NCBI GenBank assembly: GCA_963681965.1
Contig: OY820579.1
Coordinates: forward strand, 2,432,001-2,496,000
Length of the DNA: 64,000 nt
DNA from: a bacterium
Lineage (GTDB): Bacteria; Electryoneota; JAOADG01
Direction: 5' to 3'
Part shown: positions 40,316 to 48,760 of the stretch, piece after piece
Layout: each line of letters begins with the position of its first letter
Numbering within the stretch: position 1 is the first letter of the stretch
Program-made: the position numbers and the translations under genes
Notes under the pieces: model-generated
Databases searched by the model: none
What the model was told of the DNA's origin: nothing
Seen by the model: only the letters and a program-made list of their open reading frames with translations

Positions 40316-41200
40316 GTGAAGAATCTGCCAGAAAAATACACCATTGCCCTCGCCCAGATCGCCTCGAAAATCGGTGATCTGACTGCCAACCGCGATAAAC
40401 ATCTCGAGCTGATCGAGCAGGCGATTTCTTCCGGTGCATCGATGATTATCTTCCCCGAATTATCGCTTTCAGGATATTTGCTGCGCGATTTGGTCAGCGA
40501 TGTAGCACTGTCTGCTTCCGACGATTTTTTTGGACCGATTCGACGACTCAGCACCGATATTACGATTGTGTGCGGTGGCGTCGAGCTGTCGGATGATTTC
40601 AATTTGTACAACTCCGTTTTTGTATTCGAAGCCGGTCGACTTTTGCACATTCATCGGAAAGTGTATTTGCCGAATTACAGTGTGTTCGAAGAGAAACGGT
40701 TCTTTGGCGAAGGCGATCGCGTGCGGGCGTATCCGTCGCGACTCGGCACTCACGGTTGCCTAATTTGCAACGATATGTGGCACCCGTCGTTACTGTGGTT
40801 GTTGAATCTTCAGGGTGTGGAACTGGCAATTGTTCCGTCCGCCTCGCCGCTTCGCGGTTTAGGCGAGACCGAAGAAGCCGATTCCATGCGGGTTTGGCGA
40901 CTACTTTGCGAAACGGGGGCAAAATCGAATATTTTATATGTAGCTTTCGTCAACCAGATCGGTTGGCAAGACGGATTGTTCTTCTGGGGGAACTCGACGC
41001 TGTACGGTCCCAATGGCCGGGCAGTGGGGAGCGCGAGCCCCGAAACCGAAGAGTTGTTAGTGCTGGAAATCGATCGCGACTGGCTCCGCCGGGAACGAAT
41101 CGCAACACCACTTCGGAGAGACGAGCGGGTTGATTTGGTCGCCCGCGAATTAGCTTTCATCCGGTCTCGGCATCAAACCAAGCCAGCGCTTGACGTTTGA
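40316..41200 (+). CDS. Carbon-nitrogen hydrolase resembling the stand-alone glutaminase subunit of Gln-dependent NAD synthetase
   Basis: Complete triad: 'FPELSLSGY', 'HRKVYLPNYSVFEEKRFF', 'LICNDMW'. Confidence 0.85.
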   Translation: MKNLPEKYTIALAQIASKIGDLTANRDKHLELIEQAISSGASMIIFPELSLSGYLLRDLVSDVALSASDDFFGPIRRLSTDITIVCGGVELSDDFNLYNSVFVFEAGRLLHIHRKVYLPNYSVFEEKRFFGEGDRVRAYPSRLGTHGCLICNDMWHPSLLWLLNLQGVELAIVPSASPLRGLGETEEADSMRVWRLLCETGAKSNILYVAFVNQIGWQDGLFFWGNSTLYGPNGRAVGSASPETEELLVLEIDRDWLRRERIATPLRRDERVDLVARELAFIRSRHQTKPALDV

Positions 41201-41275
41201 CCGGCACCCGTTGAAATTATCCAACATATTCTATCAGTTACGAACCTGAAAAGCAGGTTCATCTCGGAGGATAGC

Positions 41276-42571
41276 ATGGCATCTTATAAGACGCCGAGAG
41301 AGCATTCCAAGCAGACGATTAGCGCGTTTGACAATGCAAAGCGACAGTTTGACGCCGCCGCTCGGCAACTCGGCTTAACCGAAAACCAGATTGCAATGAT
41401 CAAAGAGCCGCGACGCGTTACCAAGGTTTCGCTCCCGGTGGCGATGGACGACGGTCGTATCGAAGTCTTCACCGCGTTCCGCGTTCAGCACAACATCGCT
41501 CGTGGACCGGCAAAGGGCGGCATTCGTTACAGCCCGATGGTCTGTGAAGACGAAGTGAAAGCATTGGCATTTTGGATGACTTACAAGTGCGCCGTTGTCG
41601 ACATCCCAATGGGTGGTGGCAAGGGTGGTATCATCTGCGACCCGAATCAATTGTCCCGCGGCGAACTCGAACGACTCTCCCGTCGTTACTTTGCCGAAAT
41701 GCACGATCTGTTTGGACCGGATCGCGACGTACCGGCACCGGACGTAAACACCACCAGCCAGATTATGGCATGGATGATGGATACGTATTCGATGCACGTC
41801 GGCAACAACACCCCCGCAGTGATCACCGGCAAGCCGTTGGAAATCGGTGGTAGCCGTGGTCGCGAGCAGGCGACTGCTCAGGGTATGGTGTTCTGCGTAT
41901 TGCAGGCTGCCAAGCACCTCAAGATCGACCTCAAGAAAGCGACTGTCGCAGTGCAGGGATACGGCAATGCCGGTTCCAACGCAGCGTTGTTGCTCGCCCG
42001 CGAAGGCTGCAAGATCATCGCCATCAGCGATGAATACGGCGCCTTCCACGACGAAAAGGGTATCGATCCCAAGCATGCGATCGACTATCGCAAAGCAAAC
42101 GGTGGCAAACTTTCCGGTTACGACAAAGTTTCCAGCGCCAAGCAGTTCAAGGATCCGATGGATCTGCTCGAGATGGAATGCGACATTTTGATCCCCGCCG
42201 CCATCGAAAACCAGATCACCGACGAGAACGCTGCTCGCATCAAGGCGAAGTTGATTGCCGAATGCGCCAACGGTCCGATCACCCCGGAAGCCGACGAAAT
42301 CATCGACAAGAAGGGCGTCATGGTCATTCCGGACATTCTTTGCAATGCCGGTGGCGTGACGGTTTCCTATTTCGAATGGGTTCAGAACCGCATGGGTTAC
42401 TACTGGACGGAAGAATACGTATTGCAAGAACTGAAGCGCTTTATGGACAAGGCGTTCCTCAGCGTATTGAACGTATCGATCGAACGCAAAGTCGACATGC
42501 GCATTGCCGCGTTCATGGTCTCGATTGACCGTGTTCGCACCGCAAGCGAATGGCGTGGCTTGTACCACTAG
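41276..42571 (+). CDS. gdhA: Glu/Leu/Phe/Val dehydrogenase (glutamate dehydrogenase)
   Basis: 'RGPAKGGIRY', 'MTYKCA', 'GGGKGG', 'DVPAPD', 'TGKP...GGS.GR..AT', 'QGYGNAG', 'NAGGV.VSYFEWVQN'; strong codon bias. Confidence 0.93.
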   Translation: MASYKTPREHSKQTISAFDNAKRQFDAAARQLGLTENQIAMIKEPRRVTKVSLPVAMDDGRIEVFTAFRVQHNIARGPAKGGIRYSPMVCEDEVKALAFWMTYKCAVVDIPMGGGKGGIICDPNQLSRGELERLSRRYFAEMHDLFGPDRDVPAPDVNTTSQIMAWMMDTYSMHVGNNTPAVITGKPLEIGGSRGREQATAQGMVFCVLQAAKHLKIDLKKATVAVQGYGNAGSNAALLLAREGCKIIAISDEYGAFHDEKGIDPKHAIDYRKANGGKLSGYDKVSSAKQFKDPMDLLEMECDILIPAAIENQITDENAARIKAKLIAECANGPITPEADEIIDKKGVMVIPDILCNAGGVTVSYFEWVQNRMGYYWTEEYVLQELKRFMDKAFLSVLNVSIERKVDMRIAAFMVSIDRVRTASEWRGLYH

Positions 42572-42593
42572 TATTTTCGGAAGTACCGAGAAG

Positions 42594-42624
42594 AACCGGC
42601 GAGGAGAAATCCTCGCCGGTTTTT
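42594..42624 (+). terminator. Rho-independent terminator after gdhA
   Basis: AACCGGCGAGGA-gaaa-TCCTCGCCGGTT-TTT. Confidence 0.9.
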
Positions 42625-42740
42625 GTTTGTTGTTATTTGTAAAACAATTATAGGAACCATTGCAAAATCTCTAAATTAAATTTAAATTGTATTTATTATT
42701 GAAAGATTACTTATTCTATAAAAAGAAAAAAGGCAATGAA

Positions 42741-43859
42741 ATGGCAAAATGTTTTATATCTTATAGTGAATCATATCGATCCGTTATGGAGATGATAAAG
42801 AAATTAGTCGAAACTCTCGGATTTGAAGTAGATTGTTTTGATGAACCCGATATAAATCGACCACCCATTCAGCTTTCACAACAAAGAATTGCTAGTGCAG
42901 ATTGTGTCGTAATAATTATTGGTCCAAAGAATCGCGAGGAGACCATTTCAGCACCCTGGCCAGCAGAAGAAGGGGTATACGCAATAGCCAAAGAAAAACC
43001 TGTAGCTTTGTTCATTCATCCAAATACTCAACTACCTGAATCTTTACAAAATTTGCAAACACCAGCCCGATTTAATTTTTGGGATATAAATGACCAAATG
43101 CGAAATATTCATAATATTCTAAAACATCTTCTAGATCTTAAAAGGAGAATTGATCTTCCTCCAGGGACTCAACCATTTTTATATACAAAGTCCATTTCCA
43201 GAAATCGAATTTCTCGAACAGGGTCGCTCACTGTTCAAATTTATAGTGAGGTTGTTGCTCGCCAGGAATGTTCCCGTTTCCATCATGCTTTGGATACTGG
43301 ACTAGACAATCGCAAATCGGCAATAATCAAATTAGTTAATGATAATTCTTATTACATCGAAACTACATTAGGGAGCGAAAGTCACCGGGCTTCCATTGAA
43401 ATCGCACCATGTACCGATCAACAGATTCCTTACTTTGTTAATGTCGAACCACCTTTGGCTCCAGGTGAACGATTAGGTTATCAGAGAGAATTCGAAGTTC
43501 AAAATTGGTTCCCCTTAACTCAAGTTGAATTAAAGAAAATTTCTGAAGAACCAGGATTTCCTTTAGAGTATATTCAAGACGGAAAAATTTATTACGGGGA
43601 TGTTTACGATGTGTTTTACGAAATGGAAGCGATAACTCTTGCGATTCATATTCCTCGACGATATCCAATTAAGTCTATTCGAGCATTGGCTTTATCGTCG
43701 ACAGCACGGACATTGAATGTTGGTGAAACTGAAAAAATAAATAAAAAGGAAGTGATCAGTCTCGTAACACTTCCTGAAAGCAGTGAACAAGTGATTTGTT
43801 TAAATGTTCGACCACCATTAATCAATCATCGATATGCACTTTTATATGAACCAGAATGA
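42741..43859 (+). CDS. TIR-like domain protein with unknown C-terminal beta-rich domain
   Basis: 'KCFISYS', 'I..ADCVVIII', 'W..EE.VYA...EKPV' TIR/DUF4062-type motifs with the putative catalytic Glu; AT-rich. Confidence 0.7.
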   Translation: MAKCFISYSESYRSVMEMIKKLVETLGFEVDCFDEPDINRPPIQLSQQRIASADCVVIIIGPKNREETISAPWPAEEGVYAIAKEKPVALFIHPNTQLPESLQNLQTPARFNFWDINDQMRNIHNILKHLLDLKRRIDLPPGTQPFLYTKSISRNRISRTGSLTVQIYSEVVARQECSRFHHALDTGLDNRKSAIIKLVNDNSYYIETTLGSESHRASIEIAPCTDQQIPYFVNVEPPLAPGERLGYQREFEVQNWFPLTQVELKKISEEPGFPLEYIQDGKIYYGDVYDVFYEMEAITLAIHIPRRYPIKSIRALALSSTARTLNVGETEKINKKEVISLVTLPESSEQVICLNVRPPLINHRYALLYEPE

Positions 43860-43902
43860 ATTTTTCATTCCATCAAGCAAAAATTGAAATGCATTATTAC
43901 TG

Positions 43903-44049
43903 ATGATTTCGATACTAGTCGACATGAAGCAGACCCACGGCGAATACTCTTTTCACTTCAACGGCGCATTGCTCGCTGACGGAAGCTATTTCGTTCGATT
44001 AACCGCAGGCAATTATTCGAAGACGCAGAAAACCATTCTGTTGAAGTAG
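43903..44049 (+). pseudogene. Orphan C-terminal half of a T9SS CTD
   Basis: Translates as (M)ISILVDMKQTHGEYSFHFNGALLADGSYFVRLTAGNYSKTQKTILLK*; aligns with 'LVDFHQNPGEYSVKFDGSKLSSGTYFARLTAGAYSQTQKIVLLR'; in-frame stop just upstream. Confidence 0.8.
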
Positions 44050-44054
44050 GTCAT

Positions 44055-45041
44055 TTATCGGCTCATTGGGCTGAACTCGGTATTGAAAAAATTGCGCTGT
44101 TTATTTTCATCCTTGGTCGCTCGTTCCTGCGTTATCTCCTCAGTTATCCAGCATGGAACCTTGGTCTTGTCAGAGAGTTGAGCGGGTTCATATTGCCATT
44201 CGCGCACTCCGCTTGATAGGAATATTTCATCGATGTCTGGCATCTGTTCCGGATCCATGGATTTTATCGCAATCACTTTTCCATTACGATTGATGAGAAT
44301 TTGCACCGTAAATGACTTGATTTCACTGCCATACCTGAACGGGGAAGTGTATCGCCTGTCATAACGCTTCGGTAATGAATCGGCAACTGGACATTTTTGA
44401 TTCAATTTAATAATCTCGTAATCCGGGTCGGTGGTATCGGCATAACAAAACGGATTGACATCACGTTTTCTTCCAAGTGCATTTATGAAATTCCCCATTA
44501 CATTCCCTTCCGAGTGTTCGTCCCAAAATAGACTCAGACCGTCATCATTGTCACCGAAAGATCTGACAAATTCAGGATAACGGCTTTTACTATTGTGACA
44601 AATTAATGAGCTATGATCAAAGCTGACGTTCTGAAAGCGAACCGAGTACGATATTGTGGCATAGGGAACATTATATGAAGTTCCAGCATTGGGAAATTTT
44701 TCAAACCCTCTTGGCGCGTACATGGCTGTAGTTCTTTTAACTATATAGGTGCCAGTGATCTTGATATCGGCTTTTGGATCCTTATAGTAGTGTATCACGT
44801 ATCCTTTGGAAGCTAGTTTCTCACCGACTTTACGACCAAACGCTTTCATGAAAAAATCTGTGCCGGCTTTTTCCCCGCTCTGGTCGTCACTGTAGATACA
44901 GATAACAGTGACTTTACTCAGGTCATGTTTCAGTTCTGGGGAAATCCGCACATCAACTTTATACATGCAACCAGTAAGCAGCATTAGGATAATAAATATG
45001 ACTGGGAAAGTGCGTGAAAGTGACAAGTGATGGAAGGACAT
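44055..45041 (-). CDS. Hypothetical lipoprotein, possible TonB-C-like C-terminus
   Basis: Lipobox 'LTGC'; C-terminal 'V...I...G.V........W.Y.PA.....V.CW'. Confidence 0.65.
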   Translation of the reverse strand: MSFHHLSLSRTFPVIFIILMLLTGCMYKVDVRISPELKHDLSKVTVICIYSDDQSGEKAGTDFFMKAFGRKVGEKLASKGYVIHYYKDPKADIKITGTYIVKRTTAMYAPRGFEKFPNAGTSYNVPYATISYSVRFQNVSFDHSSLICHNSKSRYPEFVRSFGDNDDGLSLFWDEHSEGNVMGNFINALGRKRDVNPFCYADTTDPDYEIIKLNQKCPVADSLPKRYDRRYTSPFRYGSEIKSFTVQILINRNGKVIAIKSMDPEQMPDIDEIFLSSGVREWQYEPAQLSDKTKVPCWITEEITQERATKDENKQRNFFNTEFSPMSR

Positions 45042-45378
45042 GCGAATTTCTCCGATTTCAGGGATTCGTATTGACTCCGAACCGATACTTACTTTGAGAA
45101 TTAATTAAGGGTCACTTGGCTTTCAAGTCAAGCTGTAGCGATCTTTTTCCAAAATTAGATCGCCAATCCGGAAATCGGCAGTAAGAACAATTATCTCAAA
45201 AGACCCTCCCTTGGAAGATTAGTCCATTTCGTCGACGCTGGAGACAAATCGAGAATCTGCGATATTTCGATTCTACTATTGATTTATCCGTAAACTGGCT
45301 CGATATTGATTAACAATACTATTCATTCTCATCCAATTCAGATATCCTCGTCATCTGGCTGCCAAGATAGGAGAACTT

Positions 45379-47196
45379 GTGAAGACGGTGCGATTTATTC
45401 TGCTTCTAACGATCGTTGCTATTGCATTTCCGGCGTTCGGTCGGCAATATTCGTTTAACTTCTCGACGATCGATTCAACTCAAATTGGTAATCCCATCTT
45501 ATTTCAGGGTTCCTCATTGCCTGTTGGCTGTCTCGTACAAGTGATCCGACCGGCTGGACCGTTGCATCCGCCAATCAATTCCGGGACGCTGCGCGGAATG
45601 CCTTCCTACGGTGATGTGGAAAGTACCCGGTTTGGCATCGGCGATAGCTTGGTTAATCCCGGCAATTTTCACGTTACTTTGACCGGTCAATCAGCATTTC
45701 CACAGAATCTTCAAACGCAGACTTCACTCAACTCCGGGATGGAATTCTACTTTCGGGTCTGGTCGGATGTCGCAGATACTGCAACTGCACCGTTTCCCGA
45801 TGGTGCACACTACGTCGACGGCGGACCGTATACCGTTCCGGAATACAGTACTTCCATTCAAACAATCTGGTGCGTCCACGTTCATCCGACTTCCGCTGCA
45901 CCCGATTGGCGGGTTTGCGATGCGAGCCATGTACCGGTAATGCAGTTGGGGGGCTTGGTCAACAACACGCTCCAATGTGGATCGGTGGCGATCGGTGATA
46001 GCGTTTTACATACTGTAACGATTAGAAATACCGGATCGATCGACCTCTGTATCAGCAATTACACGGCAATTGGCGATTTTTACGTTGATTCTTTCCCCGC
46101 GATTGTCGCTCCGGGAAGTGTGACCGAAGTACCGATCGGTTTTCGACCAACTATTGGTGGAGTGCGGAATGGCAATTTTATTTTTCATAATAACAGTGCC
46201 GAGGATGAGTATAGCATCAATCTGACGGGAATTGGCACGCCGAATCCATTACCACCAATAACTGTAACCCTTGCCGATGGACGACCTGTAGGTAATGCGC
46301 TCTTTTTTGGAGATGTGCCGATGGGAAATGTTTTGACACATACGCTCGCCATCACCAATACCGATTCAACCACCATTACTTTGACCAACGTTCATGCTAC
46401 TGGCGATTTTCACTATGCCATGGTCTCGAATCAAATTCCCGGCGGTGGTCAGATCTTTACCGAGGTAACTTTTATTCCAACTGCGGCTGGAACGCGGAGC
46501 GGATCGTTTGGATTTACTTGTAATCCCTCGGGAATCACTTATTCATTGGAGTTGGAAGGTAATGGAATACTAGTTCCTGTTCCGGCGATGGATGTGTCGC
46601 AAGATGGTTATCCGTTGACGGATCCCTTACAGTTTAATCCGACAACGATCGGTGTTCCAACGACACGAACGATTCGGGTGACCAACGTCGGTACTGCGAA
46701 TTTGACACTGGGTTACGGGAGTTGTACGGGTGATTATTCTAATTCCCAAACAAGTACAACCATTCTTCCGAGTGAGAATTTCGATATCGTGCTGACTTTC
46801 TCACCGACGGAAGTCGGTACTAGAACTGGTACTTTCACACTTTCGCATAATATTTCAAATCAACCACTCGTGATCATTCTTCAGGGACAATGTAATACTA
46901 TCGAGCAGACTGGCGATCCTGCCGATCCAGTCATCTCAGCGTTCTCACTCTCAAGTTATCCCAACCCATTCAATGCCACAACTGAAATTCGCTATTCGAT
47001 TTCGAAGAGTGAAAAAGTCGATCTTAGGGTATTCGACCTTACCGGTCGAGAAATCGCGAATTTGGTGAATCGAATGCAGAATTCCGGCAGCTACAAATGC
47101 CGTTTTGATGGAAGGTCACTTGCTAGTGGCACCTATTTTGTGCGGATGAAGGCGGGCGAAGTCGTGAAGCACCAAAAACTGGTTTTGTTGAAGTAG
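45379..47196 (+). CDS. Secreted protein with three ASH/choice-of-anchor D Ig-like repeats and T9SS CTD
   Basis: AGGAG RBS; 3x 'F..V..G......I.N.G...L.......GDF.....I.PG......F.PT..G.R.G'; CTD 'YPNPFNATTEIRY...QKLVLLK'. Confidence 0.88.
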   Translation: MKTVRFILLLTIVAIAFPAFGRQYSFNFSTIDSTQIGNPILFQGSSLPVGCLVQVIRPAGPLHPPINSGTLRGMPSYGDVESTRFGIGDSLVNPGNFHVTLTGQSAFPQNLQTQTSLNSGMEFYFRVWSDVADTATAPFPDGAHYVDGGPYTVPEYSTSIQTIWCVHVHPTSAAPDWRVCDASHVPVMQLGGLVNNTLQCGSVAIGDSVLHTVTIRNTGSIDLCISNYTAIGDFYVDSFPAIVAPGSVTEVPIGFRPTIGGVRNGNFIFHNNSAEDEYSINLTGIGTPNPLPPITVTLADGRPVGNALFFGDVPMGNVLTHTLAITNTDSTTITLTNVHATGDFHYAMVSNQIPGGGQIFTEVTFIPTAAGTRSGSFGFTCNPSGITYSLELEGNGILVPVPAMDVSQDGYPLTDPLQFNPTTIGVPTTRTIRVTNVGTANLTLGYGSCTGDYSNSQTSTTILPSENFDIVLTFSPTEVGTRTGTFTLSHNISNQPLVIILQGQCNTIEQTGDPADPVISAFSLSSYPNPFNATTEIRYSISKSEKVDLRVFDLTGREIANLVNRMQNSGSYKCRFDGRSLASGTYFVRMKAGEVVKHQKLVLLK

Positions 47197-47217
47197 GTGC
47201 ATTTGCGAAAACAAAGT

Positions 47218-47284
47218 GGCTCGGAATTTATTCCGAGCCTTTTTTTTGGGGGGAGGTGGGGATTTATCCCCGCCTTTTTTTTTT
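47218..47284 (+). terminator. Two tandem hairpin + T-tract terminators (REP-derived)
   Basis: GGCTCGGAA-ttta-TTCCGAGCC-T8 and AGGTGGGGAT-tt-ATCCCCGCC-T10. Confidence 0.75.
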
Positions 47285-47510
47285 AAAAAATCCGATTCTG
47301 TAATCTGCAGTAAGACCAATTTCGATAGGGCAGCATTTATATTATTCATCGGAATAAATTCCGATATATAGAACATAATCGCAGGCTCGGATGCCTACAC
47401 TACCAAAATTGATTGAAAATGAATAATATATTTTCAGTATTAAGATAAAAAGGGTAAGAAACTGATAATTAGCGAATATCTCCTCAATTTCCGATCCACC
47501 CCGGATTTAG

Positions 47511-47539
47511 TTGAAAAAGTTAACTGCTTCCAATATATT
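47511..47539 (+). promoter_or_regulatory. Putative sigma70 promoter of the yggS-divIVA-ileS operon
   Basis: TTGAAA-17 bp-TATATT, ending 22 nt before the ATG at 47562. Confidence 0.5.
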
Positions 47540-47561
47540 AGAAGGTTTCAGAGAACTACCG

Positions 47562-48269
47562 ATGCTAGAAGAATTGATGGATCGGCGCGAAGCGCTGCTC
47601 GGGGAAATTGCCGACGTCTGCCAGCGCTGTGGGCGCGACCCGGCGACGGTGCGAATTGTCGCTGTGACGAAATTTCACCCGGTTTCGTTAATTGAAGCGG
47701 CGTATGCCGCCGGTTTCCGGGAGATCGGTGAGAACCGGATTCAGGAAGCCGCCGAGAAACATGCGACGCTGTCAGGATTGGCTTTGCGCTGGCACGGGAT
47801 CGGTCATCTCCAAACCAACAAAGCGAAACTGGCGGTGGAAACATTCGACGAGATTCACAGTCTCGATCGTATTGAAATCATCGATAAAATCGCACAAGCC
47901 GCATCGTCACAGGGCAAACAACTTGCAGGCTATCTGCAAGTCAATGTCTCCGGCAAATCGGGACAGAGTGGTTGTCTTGCGGAAGATGCACCGGAGTTGC
48001 TGCAGCGGATGAAGAGCAGTGGTTCGATCGTTCCGGTCGGGTTGATGTGTATCGCTGCTCCCGTCGATGAAGTCGGCGAGACCGAAGTTCGGAAAGAATT
48101 TGGAAAAGTACGCGAGTTGCGCGATCGCTTGATCTCCGAAAAGTTACTGCCGGACGATGCCGGGATGTCGATGGGGATGAGTGGCGATTGGCAACTGGCA
48201 GTGTTGGAAGGTGCAACAATCATTCGAATTGGTTCGGCGTTATTCGGCGAAAGGGTATATCCGCGATGA
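47562..48269 (+). CDS. yggS: PLP homeostasis protein (YggS/PLPBP)
   Basis: 'VAVTK', 'GENRIQEA', 'WHGIGHLQTNK', 'LQVNVSG', 'GLM', 'SMGMSGD', 'GAT.IRIGSALFG'. Confidence 0.93.
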   Translation: MLEELMDRREALLGEIADVCQRCGRDPATVRIVAVTKFHPVSLIEAAYAAGFREIGENRIQEAAEKHATLSGLALRWHGIGHLQTNKAKLAVETFDEIHSLDRIEIIDKIAQAASSQGKQLAGYLQVNVSGKSGQSGCLAEDAPELLQRMKSSGSIVPVGLMCIAAPVDEVGETEVRKEFGKVRELRDRLISEKLLPDDAGMSMGMSGDWQLAVLEGATIIRIGSALFGERVYPR

Positions 48270-48760
48270 GATTAACAGTACAGGAAATCCGCCGGCACCA
48301 TTTCAACCGGAAGGTGCGCGGTTACGACCCGGTGGAAGTCGAAGCGTTTCTGGAATTGGTAGCGCAGGAGATGGAAGTCGCATTCCGGGAATTAAATGAA
48401 TCGCGGGTGAAGATCCAAGCCTACGACAAAGAGCTGAACGATTATAAAGTCCGGGAAAAAACGCTGCAGGATGCACTGAAACACGCACAGGAGACAGCCG
48501 AACAGATTACCGAGTCGGCGCGACGTAACGCCGAATTGCAGTTGAAAGAAGCGCAGGTCGAGATCGAGCGCGCGAAACAAAAAGGGGTTGCGGATTTACG
48601 TACCATTCAAGAAGAGACGATTAAATTGGAAGTTCAGAAGGAGAGTTTCCTGCGGCGGCTGAGGTACATGCTTCAAGCCGAAGAAGAATTGCTGGAAATC
48701 CTCTCCAACAATGGTAATGTAGATTCGACCCATTCGGAACAGAAAACGAGTTCGAAGTGA
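48266..48760 (+). CDS. divIVA: DivIVA domain protein
   Basis: 'MRLT..EI....F....RGYD..EV..FL' plus coiled coil; ATGA overlap with yggS. Confidence 0.9.
   Translation: MRLTVQEIRRHHFNRKVRGYDPVEVEAFLELVAQEMEVAFRELNESRVKIQAYDKELNDYKVREKTLQDALKHAQETAEQITESARRNAELQLKEAQVEIERAKQKGVADLRTIQEETIKLEVQKESFLRRLRYMLQAEEELLEILSNNGNVDSTHSEQKTSSK

Noticed and set aside
41375-42568. 397-aa ORF antisense to gdhA
   Set aside because: In-register shadow of a strongly codon-biased gene (avoidance of TTA/CTA/TCA removes antisense stops); no recognisable motifs
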